A DNA stretch of 63,350 nucleotides, taken from contig CAZDHX010000001.1 of NCBI GenBank assembly GCA_964505425.1, positions 55,452 to 118,801 on the forward strand, in the 5' to 3' direction. The stretch comes from an uncultured Dehalococcoidales bacterium. GTDB lineage: Bacteria; Chloroflexota; Dehalococcoidia; Dehalococcoidales; BS750m-G39. The translations under genes and the position numbers were made by a program. The notes under the pieces are model-generated. The model saw only the letters and a list, made by a program, of their open reading frames with translations. It was not told where the DNA came from and did no database searches. Positions 1 through 9,290 of the stretch are shown in pieces (the stretch's first letter is position 1; every line of letters starts with the position of its first letter).

Positions 1-67
1 TCTTAAAACCCATAGGCTGGGAACCGACTTGCGAGACTGCCTTCAGCTTATCTATAAACTTGCTCAT
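1..67 (-). CDS. 5' fragment of a hypothetical protein running off the left edge (MSKFIDKLKAVSQVGSQPMGFK...)
   Basis: ATG at 67 (minus strand) with an open frame to the window edge. Too short for the ORF track. Confidence 0.6.
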   Translation of the reverse strand, partial: MSKFIDKLKAVSQVGSQPMGFK

Positions 68-116
68 TTGCCGAACTCAATATTAACACTGTTCCTTAAG
101 TGCTTTCAACTTTCTC

Positions 117-204
117 AACCTCACCCCTTTATCTTCCCCCTCTCCATTCTTGGAGAGGGGGAAGATAAAATAAAAGAGGGGCTAGCGCCCCTCTTAAACA
201 CCCC
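117..204 (+). repeat. REP/BIME-like two-hairpin intergenic element, full copy 1
   Basis: AACCTCACCCCTTTATC-TTCCCCCTCTCCA-TTCT-TGGAGAGGGGGAA, A-rich spacer, AAGAGGGGC-TAGC-GCCCCTCTT-AAACACCCC. Same architecture at 37268, 56587, 61147 and 63274. Confidence 0.9.
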
Positions 205-234
205 GTTAAGTTAGCCTCTTTGGGGGGATGGGGT

Positions 235-1677
235 CTATGCTACAGAATCAAGATAGCGTCTGTACCATGCCAGGTGACTTAGCACCCTGGCCGCCCGGCG
301 TGGAGTTGGGTAGACCGGGATTCCTTCTCTGCGGAGGAGGGAGGCTATCTCGGGGTCGCTGGCGAATTCAACCGCCGGCTTCACCATAAGCACCGGCTTC
401 CCATACTCCCGTACCCGCTGCCGGAGCAAATCCAGGCTGTCCTTCTCCCTCTCCCGGAATGCCCGCACTTCCTCCCGGTTAAACACATCCGCTAGGCGCT
501 TGGTGCTGAACCCCACCGGCCCCTGAAGCAGGATAGCATCTACATTTTTATCCTCAATCAGTGCCCAGAGAGAGGAGAAGATTTTGGAATACTCAGTCAT
601 GCTTAAGCCAGCCATATCAACCGGATTGCCGTGAGACCATCTTGGCGGCAGGCAGGCGTTCAGTTTCTCTATGGTGGTCGGGGTGAGGTGGGCGACCTCA
701 AGCCCCTCCCTCTCGACGGCTTCAGCCGCCACCACCCCCAGCCCACCCCCGATGGTCAATATGCCTGTCCGGTTCGTGCGGGGTAATGGCTGATAGAGCA
801 GGGCAGTAACCACGTCGCAGAGGTCGTCGTCATCATCCACCCTTATCACCCCTGCCTGCTTGAATGCCGCCTCATAGACGGCGTCTGAACCGGCCAGGTT
901 GGCGGTATGAGACCTGATGGCTCGGGCAGACTCCTTGGTCCCACCCGCCTTTATGGCTACAATGGGCTTTTTAAGGGTGGTCTCCCTGGCTAGCTGGAGG
1001 AAGCGCCTCCCCTCCCTTAGCCCCTCAATGTAGGCGGCAATGATTCTGGTCTTCTCGTCCTGCGCCATATATTCCAGGTAGTCCTCCAGGTGCAGGTCGG
1101 CTTCATTACCGCCGCAGACAAACTTGCTGAAGCCAATCCCCAGGCTCATCCCGTTGCGCATTATGCGGTGCCCCATGTTGCCGCTCTGAGCTATTAAAGC
1201 TACCGGTCCCGGCGTGATTTTCTCCATCCAGGCGAGGGTGATGAGCTTGGAGTAGGTATTGGCATGTCCCATGCTGTTGGGCCCGATGAAGCGTATGCCT
1301 CCCTCCCGGGCAATCTTGACCAGCTCCGCCTCCAGCTTGCCGCCCTCCTTGCCGGTCTCGGCAAAGCCGCCGGAAACAACAACCGCCGTCTTCACCCCCT
1401 TCTGCACGCATTGCTGCATAATTTGGGGGACCTTGGGGGCGGAAACAGCGATGACGGCTAAATCAACCGCCCCCGGTATATTGACTACACTCTCGTAGGC
1501 GGGTATTCCCAGGATTTCTTTGGCGGTGGGGTTCACCGGGTAAATCTTTCGCTTGGTTGAGGCGAGGAGGTGACGCATGATGCCGTAGCCCCACGACCCC
1601 CTCGTATTAGAAGCGCCGATAACGGCTACGGAGTCGGGGGCAAATAGATACTTCCAGTGCTTGTCGCGTGTTGTCAT
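235..1677 (-). CDS. ADP-forming acyl-CoA/acetate-CoA ligase, alpha-type subunit (CoA-binding plus ligase domains)
   Basis: VAVIGAS CoA-binding fold, GPNSMG, QSG motif, phospho-His segment HTANLAGSD, NPVD. No fused ATP-grasp domain. Confidence 0.85.
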   Translation of the reverse strand: MTTRDKHWKYLFAPDSVAVIGASNTRGSWGYGIMRHLLASTKRKIYPVNPTAKEILGIPAYESVVNIPGAVDLAVIAVSAPKVPQIMQQCVQKGVKTAVVVSGGFAETGKEGGKLEAELVKIAREGGIRFIGPNSMGHANTYSKLITLAWMEKITPGPVALIAQSGNMGHRIMRNGMSLGIGFSKFVCGGNEADLHLEDYLEYMAQDEKTRIIAAYIEGLREGRRFLQLARETTLKKPIVAIKAGGTKESARAIRSHTANLAGSDAVYEAAFKQAGVIRVDDDDDLCDVVTALLYQPLPRTNRTGILTIGGGLGVVAAEAVEREGLEVAHLTPTTIEKLNACLPPRWSHGNPVDMAGLSMTEYSKIFSSLWALIEDKNVDAILLQGPVGFSTKRLADVFNREEVRAFREREKDSLDLLRQRVREYGKPVLMVKPAVEFASDPEIASLLRREGIPVYPTPRRAARVLSHLAWYRRYLDSVA

Positions 1678-1690
1678 ATTATTTGACCTT

Positions 1691-2338
1691 TTATTTGACC
1701 TTGACCAGAATCATAATATCCCCCGGCTGACCATCGGTTATGCGGCGGGCATTTCGCAGTCTTACCTTGGTTCCGGTCTTTACCCCGGCGGGGATTTTTA
1801 CCCGTAGCCTCTTACCCTTTCTGGTTAGGTCTTTCTCCGCCCCCCGGGCTGCCTGCTCTCTGGTGATGGTTATTTCGTAGCTAACCTCCCGCTGTCGGGG
1901 AGGTTGCGCCTGAGCGAATATTTCTTCAAGCCTCACCCCCCGTGGACCGCCAGCCCCCTGCCTATATACCTTGAAGGAAAAACTCCCCTTTCTCCCTTTG
2001 AGGACTTCGCCGAAGATTTCATCAAGGAAGCCAAGGCCAAGCCCGGAGCCGCCGAAGTCTTTCATTAAGTCCTCAAAGGTAGTCCGGGTATAAGGACTGC
2101 CGAAGATATCGCCGATATTGCCCGCCGTGCCGAACTGGTCGTACTGCTTTCTCTTTTCCGGGTCACCGAGGACGCCGAAGGCTTCGTTAATCTCCTTGAA
2201 CCTTTCGTTAGCCCATTGTTCCTTCCCCGGGTTGCGGTCGGGGTGGTATTGCATCGCCAGCTTGCGGTAAGCCTTCTTTATCTGCTCCTCGGTGGCGTTT
2301 TTGGGGACACCCAGAACCTGGTAGTAGTCCTTAGCCAT
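1691..2338 (-). CDS. Short DnaJ/CbpA-like J-domain protein without zinc finger
   Basis: KDYYQVLGV...YHPDRNP (HPD motif), G/F-rich linker, C-terminal VKIPAGV...KVRLR segment. Confidence 0.9.
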   Translation of the reverse strand: MAKDYYQVLGVPKNATEEQIKKAYRKLAMQYHPDRNPGKEQWANERFKEINEAFGVLGDPEKRKQYDQFGTAGNIGDIFGSPYTRTTFEDLMKDFGGSGLGLGFLDEIFGEVLKGRKGSFSFKVYRQGAGGPRGVRLEEIFAQAQPPRQREVSYEITITREQAARGAEKDLTRKGKRLRVKIPAGVKTGTKVRLRNARRITDGQPGDIMILVKVK

Positions 2339-2439
2339 TACTATTCCTTATTCCGTAGTTTTATACTACAATTTACGCAGTCTTTCCGCAAGTTGACGAC
2401 ACGCTGCCCAGCATGCGATATGCTATAATTAGGTCGGTA

Positions 2440-3597
2440 ATGAGTAAAGCCGGAGTGAGACGCCACGTCAAGATAGTGTGCACCTTGGGTCCCGCCAGCA
2501 GTTCCCCCAAGGTTATGGAGAGGATGCTAAAGGCGGGCATGGATATTGCGCGCCTTAACCTGGCACACGGCACGCTTGAGGAACACAGCCGTCTCATTTC
2601 TGAAGTCCGCTCACTCAGCCGAAGGCTCGGGCTCCCTCTGGGCGTCCTTCTTGACCTTCCCGGTCTGAAATACCGCCAGGGGGGTATCCGGAGCGTTTTC
2701 GGTGAGCACCTTGATTTTGCCTTCTCACGGAAGGCTGATTTCGTTGCCCTCTCTTTCATTTCCTCGGTGCGGCAGGTGCGGGAGGTCAAGCAACTGCTCA
2801 GAAACATGAAGGCTGATATACCGGTCATTGTCAAGATAGAAGAGGGACGGGCTCTGGAAGAAATTGGCGCCCTGCTTGAGGTGGGGGAGGGTATCATGGT
2901 TGCTAGGGGAGACCTGGCACTTGACATAAGCATTGAGAAGGTGCCAACCGCCCAGAAGCGGCTGATAGGCGAAGCCAATCGCCGGGGAAAGCCGGTGATA
3001 ACTGCCACCCAGATGCTTGAGTCCATGGTCAGGTCGTCCAGCCCGACGAGGGCGGAGGCTACTGATGTCGCTAATGCCGTCCTTGATGGCAGTGATGCCC
3101 TGATGCTCTCTGAGGAAACAGCCACTGGCAGTTACCCCGTTGAAGCTACTGAAACAATGGTGAAGATAGCCCTTGAGGCTGAGGCGATACTTCCCTATGA
3201 AGAGATGCTCCGCAGCCGGTGGCAGGATGTCCCACCGGAAAGCAGTGATGCCACCGCCAGAGCCGCCTGCCAGATGGCTCACCAGGTGCAGGCTAAAGCC
3301 ATCGTTGCCTTTACCGCCAGCGGCACTACTGCCTTGAGGGTCTCAAAGTATAGACCGCGCCACCCGATTCTGGCGATAACCCCCTCCGAGTCTGTGGTGA
3401 GCCACCTTGCCTTATCCTGGGGGGTATTACCCGTTAGAAAAAATGAACCAGTAAACCTTGAGGAGGTCTTTGAGCTAGCTGGCGAAGCAGCACTGGAGAC
3501 AAAACTCGCTAGGAAGGGTGACCTTGTCGTGGTTACTGCCGGTATTCCGCTGACTGTTCCCGGAAGCACAAATCTGGTCAAGATACACAGTATCTAA
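2440..3597 (+). CDS. pyk: Pyruvate kinase lacking the B (lid) domain, 385 aa
   Basis: KIVCTLGPAS, RLNLAHG, VKIE, VARGDL, TATQMLESM, PTRAEATDVANAVLDGSDALMLSEETA. Start moved to ATG 2440, just after TGcTATAAT at 2421-2429. Confidence 0.9.
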   Translation: MSKAGVRRHVKIVCTLGPASSSPKVMERMLKAGMDIARLNLAHGTLEEHSRLISEVRSLSRRLGLPLGVLLDLPGLKYRQGGIRSVFGEHLDFAFSRKADFVALSFISSVRQVREVKQLLRNMKADIPVIVKIEEGRALEEIGALLEVGEGIMVARGDLALDISIEKVPTAQKRLIGEANRRGKPVITATQMLESMVRSSSPTRAEATDVANAVLDGSDALMLSEETATGSYPVEATETMVKIALEAEAILPYEEMLRSRWQDVPPESSDATARAACQMAHQVQAKAIVAFTASGTTALRVSKYRPRHPILAITPSESVVSHLALSWGVLPVRKNEPVNLEEVFELAGEAALETKLARKGDLVVVTAGIPLTVPGSTNLVKIHSI

Positions 3598-3611
3598 ACT
3601 ACCCGTCAAGG

Positions 3612-3640
3612 TTGACAGGTACTGTTCCCCAGTTTATAAT
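3612..3640 (+). promoter_or_regulatory. Perfect-consensus sigma70 promoter of degV
   Basis: TTGACA (3612-3617), 17 nt, TATAAT (3635-3640). Confidence 0.85.
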
Positions 3641-3710
3641 ACCTCGTTGTACTAGGTATATCTATCTCTTCTTGTGTTTACGAAGCTCGGTAGGGCGGTG
3701 AGATAAGAAT

Positions 3711-4568
3711 ATGACCGAGACTGCTGTTGTCGTCGACAGCATTGCCTGCATTCCCCGGGAGCTGACTGAGAAGTTTAGAATCAGAATCGTCCCGGCTAAC
3801 ATCTTCTTCAATGGCAAGCTTTACCGTGACCTGGCAGACTTGACCCCCGCCCAGGCTTATAAGTTTCTTAATGGAGCCCCTCAGTTCTGGAAGAGTTCGG
3901 CGGCTTCTCCTGAGGACTATGCTGGAGCTTACCGCGCCCTCGGCAATGCCCGCAATATCCTGGTAATTACCATATCGTCCAAAATCAGCATGTTCTACGA
4001 GAGTGCCCGGGCGGCTAAAGAAATAGTCAAAAGGGAACTGTCTGCAACGGCGATTGAGGTCCTTGATAGCCGGACTGCCGCTGCCGCCGAAGGGCTTATT
4101 GCCCTGGCAGCAGCGCGGGCGGCTAAGGAAGGCAAGACCTTCCGGGAAGTCATGAGCATAGCCAGGAAGGTCAAGAAACGGGTGAGGTTTCTCGGTCTGC
4201 TTGAGACCATTCGGCATGTCTATAGAACGGGACGCATACCCAAGCTGGCTTCCCAGCTAGGCTCGTTGCTTTCTCTCAGACCAATTCTCACCGGCACTGA
4301 CGGCGTTATCCGTTTTGCCGGTGCCGCCAGGACCAAGCGTAGTGGCATTGAAAAGATGCTCCGCATGATGAGAGAACAAATAGGCAATTCAGGGCAAGTC
4401 CACGTTGCCGTAATGCATGCCGATGCCGCTGAAGAAGCCCGGATGCTCAGGGAAAGGATAGCCGCCGAGTTCGACTGCGCCGAGCTTTTCGTTACCGACT
4501 TCACCCCGATTATGGCTTATGCTACGGGCAGAGGAACATTAGCCCTCGCCTTTTACAAGTCCATCTAG
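3711..4568 (+). CDS. DegV family fatty-acid-binding protein
   Basis: AVVVDS, ITISSKISMFYESA, EVLDSRTA, ETIRHVYRTGRI, VMHAD, G.GTLALAF. 285 aa. Confidence 0.9.
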   Translation: MTETAVVVDSIACIPRELTEKFRIRIVPANIFFNGKLYRDLADLTPAQAYKFLNGAPQFWKSSAASPEDYAGAYRALGNARNILVITISSKISMFYESARAAKEIVKRELSATAIEVLDSRTAAAAEGLIALAAARAAKEGKTFREVMSIARKVKKRVRFLGLLETIRHVYRTGRIPKLASQLGSLLSLRPILTGTDGVIRFAGAARTKRSGIEKMLRMMREQIGNSGQVHVAVMHADAAEEARMLRERIAAEFDCAELFVTDFTPIMAYATGRGTLALAFYKSI

Positions 4569-4685
4569 ATTTCCGCTTTTTTACCGCCAGCCTATGCGCC
4601 CACCGGGCAAAAGCTGTTATAATCTTGATGCCCACCACTCAATAGAAGCAGGAATAAAAGCATTTACCACTCAAAGAAGAAAAAG

Positions 4686-5069
4686 ATAAAGGCAACCGGA
4701 AACTGGGTTCGGATACTCCTGGTTATTGCCGGCACACTCTTTGTCGGGCTGGGAGTCCTGGGCATATTTATACCTGTTTTGCCGACTACCCCCTTCCTTC
4801 TATTGGCGGCTGTCTGCTACGCAAGAAGCTCACAGAGGTTTTACCATTGGCTCTTGTATAACAGGTGGTTCGGGAGTTATATCAGGAATTATCTACAAAA
4901 AAGGGGAATTCCGCTAAGGGTAAAGGTCCTGACCATTGCTTTGCTGTGGATAACAATCGGGTGTTCGGTGGCATTTGCCGTTGAGGTTTTTGTCGTCAGG
5001 CTAATCTTGATTCTAATAGCTATCGGCGTTTCTATACATGTCCTCTCACTTCGGACTTTAAAGGAGTGA
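4686..5069 (+). CDS. YbaN/DUF454 family membrane protein (start uncertain)
   Basis: LGVLGIFIPVLPTTPFLLLAAVCYARSSQRFYHWLLYNRWFGSYI. The frame is open back to 4629 with no ATG/GTG/TTG before 4779. Confidence 0.8.
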   Translation: MKATGNWVRILLVIAGTLFVGLGVLGIFIPVLPTTPFLLLAAVCYARSSQRFYHWLLYNRWFGSYIRNYLQKRGIPLRVKVLTIALLWITIGCSVAFAVEVFVVRLILILIAIGVSIHVLSLRTLKE

Positions 5070-5084
5070 AAGAGCGGTTACCAG

Positions 5085-5169
5085 TGGTGGGGAAGCGGGG
5101 ACTCGAACCCCGACGCCTTGCGACACATGATCCTAAGTCATGCCTGTCTGCCAATTCCAGCACTTCCCC
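5085..5169 (-). tRNA. tRNA-Leu (anticodon TAG), CCA encoded
   Basis: Reverse complement GGGGAAGTGCTGGAATTGGCAGACAGG-CATGA-CTTAGGA-TCATG-TGTCGCAAGGCGTC-GGGGTTCGAGTCCCC-GCTTCCCCACCA. 85 nt with long variable arm. Confidence 0.97.
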
Positions 5170-5234
5170 TCGTGGAGAATTTGAGTTAGCCCCGGCTAAA
5201 TTGGCATATGAAAGGGAGGGCGATTAGGGAAGAC

Positions 5235-5450
5235 CTAGCCCATAAACTGCCATAGGAACCCGAACACGGTTATGCCGAGAGTAGCCAGAAGAACATAAAG
5301 AACGACGCCGAAGAAACTGGCGACCATAGCCCACTTGGCAAGTTCCTTGTCCCCCCTGCCCCCCTTTGCGCTAAAGACCCAGAAGGTAACGAAGCCGAAT
5401 ATGGGGATAAAGAAAGACGCGATGTAGACTAACCAGTTGACCCAACCCAT
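5235..5450 (-). CDS. Small two-helix membrane protein, 71 aa
   Basis: Two hydrophobic segments around a basic loop; GAGGAGG RBS 6-7 nt upstream. Confidence 0.75.
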   Translation of the reverse strand: MGWVNWLVYIASFFIPIFGFVTFWVFSAKGGRGDKELAKWAMVASFFGVVLYVLLATLGITVFGFLWQFMG

Positions 5451-5515
5451 TTTGCACCTCCTCAGGTGTTCCTTATATGCTTGGATTTTATCACCGATTG
5501 CTTGCTATTACAATG

Positions 5516-7186
5516 CTATAATTCTACAATTCCCCGGTCGGTGAGCCTGATTTCGGGGATTACTGGCAGGGCTAGAAATGAGAGGGTGGCAAATGGTGAA
5601 ATTAGCTTCGTGCCCATCTCGGCGGCTGTCCTCTCCAGCCCCTCCAGCTTGCTCACCACCGCCTCCAGCGGCTCATCAGATAGTATGCCGGCGATGGGCA
5701 GAGGCAGGCTGGCTAAAACCCTGCTCCCGCCAGCAACCACCAGACCACCCTGTAGCCGTTCAATCTCCTTGATGGCAGTGAGTATATCCTCGTCGCTGGC
5801 GCCGACAGCGATAATGTTATGAGAGTCATGGGCAATAGATGAAGCCAGCGCCCCTTTCTTCAAGCCAAATCCGCTGACCAGCCCCACGCCAATGTTCCCC
5901 GTCGCCTTGTGCCTCTCCACCACCACCAGTTTTAGAATATCCCTACTCATATCGGGGACAGAGCTGATTTTCTCCATTCTCTTGCGGGTGATTATCTGGC
6001 CGGGGACAATCTCAATAACCGGCATGGCTTCCCCTGAAGCTGGTAGCCTTAGCGCCTCAATATTAAAGGGTTTTATACTTACCGTATTGGTGAGTCCTCT
6101 GCCGCCGGCTGGGGGGAGGGGAAATACGGGCTTACCCTCTTGAGCGACGATTTTACCCTGGTAGAAGACCATCTCAATCTCAAGGCGTCTGAGGTCACTG
6201 AGGACAATCAGGTCGGCCATATAGCCGGGGGCTATCCCTCCCAGCCCGTCCCGCCGGAAGTACTGTGCCGGGTTGATGGTGGCAAGCTGAATTGCCCGCA
6301 CCGGCTCAAGCCCGAGCTTTATCGCCTTTCTGACTACGGCGTCAATATCGCCGTCCCGCAGCAGGTCAGCGCAACTACGGTCATCAACGACAAACAGGCA
6401 TCTATGGTAGGTCTTATCCGTGACCAGGGGGAGCAATGCCTCCAGGTTTTTCTCGGCAGAGCCTTCCCGGATCATGACAAACATGCCCTGTTTCAGCTTC
6501 TCCCTGGCTTCATCAAGGGATACCGATTCGTGGTCGGAATAGATGCCGGCGGCAATATAGCCGCTTAAGTCTTTGCCGCCGACGCCGGGGGCATGGCCGT
6601 CAACAATCTTCCCCTCAGCCAGGCTGATTTTGCTCAAGACCGTCTCATCGCCGCCGAGCACTCCGGGGAAGTTCATCACCTCCCCCAGCCCGATGACCTC
6701 CTTCAGTTTTAGAAGCTGGCGGATTTCTTCGGCGTTGATGCTGGCGCCTGAGGTTTCAAGGTGGGTTGCTGGCACGCAGGAAGGAGCCATGAGAAACAGG
6801 TCGAAGGGGAGGCGGCGGGCGTAGTCAAGAACGTATTTTATGCCCTCAAGACCGCAGACGTTGGCTATCTCGTGGAGGTCAGTAATAATGGCAGTCGTCC
6901 CGCGGGGTATTACAGCTCGGGCGTATTGGCCGATATCGAGCATTGAGCTCTCGGGGTGAATATGACCGTTGATAAGTCCGGGGGCGATATATTTGCCATT
7001 TAAGTCCAGAATCCTCTTTGCCTGATGGTAGTTCCCCACCCCGGCTATCCTGTCCCCATGGATAGCCACGCTAGCCGCTTCAATCTCGCCGCTGAAGACG
7101 TTAATTACCCGGGCGTTAGCCAGAATCAGGTCGGCGGGAGTTTCCCCTTTAGCCACCGAGATTAGTTCGGCGAGCCCCTTGACCAT
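5516..7186 (-). CDS. ade: Adenine deaminase
   Basis: GHIHPESS, DLHEIANV, GLGEVMNFPG, VDGHAP, SDHES, IREGSA, HDSHNI. Confidence 0.95.
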   Translation of the reverse strand: MVKGLAELISVAKGETPADLILANARVINVFSGEIEAASVAIHGDRIAGVGNYHQAKRILDLNGKYIAPGLINGHIHPESSMLDIGQYARAVIPRGTTAIITDLHEIANVCGLEGIKYVLDYARRLPFDLFLMAPSCVPATHLETSGASINAEEIRQLLKLKEVIGLGEVMNFPGVLGGDETVLSKISLAEGKIVDGHAPGVGGKDLSGYIAAGIYSDHESVSLDEAREKLKQGMFVMIREGSAEKNLEALLPLVTDKTYHRCLFVVDDRSCADLLRDGDIDAVVRKAIKLGLEPVRAIQLATINPAQYFRRDGLGGIAPGYMADLIVLSDLRRLEIEMVFYQGKIVAQEGKPVFPLPPAGGRGLTNTVSIKPFNIEALRLPASGEAMPVIEIVPGQIITRKRMEKISSVPDMSRDILKLVVVERHKATGNIGVGLVSGFGLKKGALASSIAHDSHNIIAVGASDEDILTAIKEIERLQGGLVVAGGSRVLASLPLPIAGILSDEPLEAVVSKLEGLERTAAEMGTKLISPFATLSFLALPVIPEIRLTDRGIVEL

Positions 7187-7713
7187 CAGCTCTCCTCCAT
7201 GGCATATATGTCAGGGAGATAGCGGAACCTCTCATTCCAGTCTATGCCGTAGCCGACGATGAATTTATTGGGGACGGTTAAGCCCAGATAGTCAATGTTG
7301 ACTGCGGTCTTACGCCTTGAGGGCTTATCGGTCAGGGTGCAGAGTTTTAAAGAGGCTGGCTTTTTCTTGCCCAGGTGCTCTAAAACGAAGGCGGTGGTGA
7401 GGCCGGTATCTATAATGTCCTCAATGACCAGCACGTGCCGGTCTTTAATCTCAGACTGGACATCCTGCACCAGCTTAATCTTCCCCGGACTCTGGCCGCC
7501 GCCATAGCTGGACAGCCGTATAAAATCCACCTCAAGGGGGAAGTCAAGGAGGCGGATAAGGTCAGCCATGAACATGAACGAGCCCTTGAGGACGCCGATG
7601 AGAAGGGGGCGCTTATCGCGGTAGTCCCGCCCGATTTCAGCCGCCAGCCTCCTGACGGTGGCGGCAATCTCTTCCCCGGTGAAGAGGGGAGTGAGTTTAG
7701 GCTCAGAACCCAT
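7186..7713 (-). CDS. hpt: Hypoxanthine phosphoribosyltransferase
   Basis: GVLKGSFMFMADL, VLVIEDIIDTGLT, FIVGYGID. Stop overlaps the ade start. Confidence 0.95.
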   Translation of the reverse strand: MGSEPKLTPLFTGEEIAATVRRLAAEIGRDYRDKRPLLIGVLKGSFMFMADLIRLLDFPLEVDFIRLSSYGGGQSPGKIKLVQDVQSEIKDRHVLVIEDIIDTGLTTAFVLEHLGKKKPASLKLCTLTDKPSRRKTAVNIDYLGLTVPNKFIVGYGIDWNERFRYLPDIYAMEES

Positions 7714-7800
7714 AGCTACGAGTGATTATAATTCTTACCATTGGTCCTGTCCACCGGAGGTTTGTCTTTACCCTTACTTGAGGGTATAATTGGGCAACGC

Positions 7801-8451
7801 TTGGTTGGAGTTTGGAAATTGCCCTGGTTCTATTATGTGGGCAGGGTAATAGCGAGGGCGCTGTTTAGCCTGCTGACCCGCTTGGAGGTGGAGGGTAGGG
7901 AGAATATCCCCGCCGATGGACCGTTGCTGGTGGTGGCTAATCACCTTAATCTCACCGACCCCCCCTTGCTTGCCATAAGCCTGGGCAGAGAGACGATATT
8001 CATGGCTAAGGAGGAGCTGTTTCGCTCCCCCTTAACCGCCTACTTCGTGGGCAACTTTGGCGCCTTCCCGGTGCATAGGGGTAAGCTGGACAGGAAGGCG
8101 CTTCGCCAGGCACAGCAGGTCTTGACCGACGGTCGGGCGCTGATTATGTTCCCTGAGGCGACGAGGAGCAAGAGCGGCCGCCTTCAGCGGGCTTACCCCG
8201 GCTCGGCGCTGATTGCCATGCGCGGTGGGGTGCCCATCCTTCCGGTGGGCATTAGCGGCACGGAGAGGGTCAGGGGCATAGGCTGGATATTCCGCCGCCC
8301 CCGTATCACGGTCAACATCGGTCGCCCCTTTAATCTGCCGTCCAGCGGCAGATTGAGCAGGGCTGGGCTGGTGGATAATACTGATTTGATAATGGAGCGC
8401 ATCGCTGAGCTCCTGCCGCCAAAATATCATGGGGTTTATGGCAAGCGGTGA
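7801..8451 (+). CDS. plsC: 1-acyl-sn-glycerol-3-phosphate acyltransferase (PlsC family)
   Basis: NHLNLTDP (HX4D), FMAKEELF, MFPEATRS, PVGISGT. Start uncertain; TATAAT at 7785-7790 argues against the 7741 start. Confidence 0.85.
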   Translation: MVGVWKLPWFYYVGRVIARALFSLLTRLEVEGRENIPADGPLLVVANHLNLTDPPLLAISLGRETIFMAKEELFRSPLTAYFVGNFGAFPVHRGKLDRKALRQAQQVLTDGRALIMFPEATRSKSGRLQRAYPGSALIAMRGGVPILPVGISGTERVRGIGWIFRRPRITVNIGRPFNLPSSGRLSRAGLVDNTDLIMERIAELLPPKYHGVYGKR

Positions 8452-9290
8452 AGATTGAGAAGACCGGGGAAATTGGTTTTTGCTACGGGGTTAAGCGTGC
8501 CATCGATATTTTAGAGAAGGTTGCCCGTGAGCGTGGCAGCGTGGAAACGCTGGGGGCGGTGGTGCATAACCAGCAGGTACTGCAGAGACTGGCTGGGATT
8601 GGGGTCAGGGTAGTGCCGACGATAGATGATATACGGGGCAATATGGTGGCCATTAGCTCTCACGGCGCCAGTCCGCAAATGGAAGAAAAGCTTCGCACCC
8701 GGCGTATTGAGATAGTGGATACCACCTGCCCCTTCGTTCACCGGCTCCAGATTGCCGCCCGCAGATTGGCCAGAAACGGCTTTTTCGTTGTTATCTATGG
8801 TGATGCCGACCATACCGAGGTCAAGAGCGTCCTCGGTTGGGCTGGGGGGAAGGGGGTGGCAACCCTTGATGATAAGCTTGTCGCCAGGCTGGACCCTCTG
8901 CCCCGCCGCCTGGGTATCCTCTCTCAGACCACCCAGATACCAGCTCATTTTACCGAGTTTGTCAAGCGGCTCATTGACTCGGTCTTTACTCGGGATTCCG
9001 AGCTGCGCATTATTGACACCATATGTCATGATATTAGAAGACGGCAGGCGGAAGCCCTTGACCTGGCGGACAGGGTGGACCTGATGCTGGTTGTTGGTGG
9101 GCGGGGCAGCGCTAATACCAATCGTCTCGCCGAGTTATGCTCGGCGTTGACCGAGACTCATCTTATTGAGACGGCGGAGGAAATCAAACCCGCCTGGTTT
9201 CGGGGTAAGAAAAATATCGGTGTAACCTCCGGCGCTTCTACCTCGCAGCAAACTATAGACGAAGTCCTGGCCCGGCTGGAAGGCTTATAG
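8448..9290 (+). CDS. ispH: 4-hydroxy-3-methylbut-2-enyl diphosphate reductase
   Basis: GFCYGVKRA, SHG, DTTCPFV, HTEV, SQTT, TICHD, SANT, TSGAST. Confidence 0.95.
   Translation: MKIEKTGEIGFCYGVKRAIDILEKVARERGSVETLGAVVHNQQVLQRLAGIGVRVVPTIDDIRGNMVAISSHGASPQMEEKLRTRRIEIVDTTCPFVHRLQIAARRLARNGFFVVIYGDADHTEVKSVLGWAGGKGVATLDDKLVARLDPLPRRLGILSQTTQIPAHFTEFVKRLIDSVFTRDSELRIIDTICHDIRRRQAEALDLADRVDLMLVVGGRGSANTNRLAELCSALTETHLIETAEEIKPAWFRGKKNIGVTSGASTSQQTIDEVLARLEGL

Noticed and set aside
1691-2338. Short DnaJ as a pseudogene
   Set aside because: Intact HPD J-domain, clean ORF with RBS; zinc-finger-less short J proteins are a known class.
5040-5235. tRNA-Leu as an integration site for a genomic island
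   Set aside because: No second copy of the tRNA 3' end, no integrase, and the flanking genes look like core genes.
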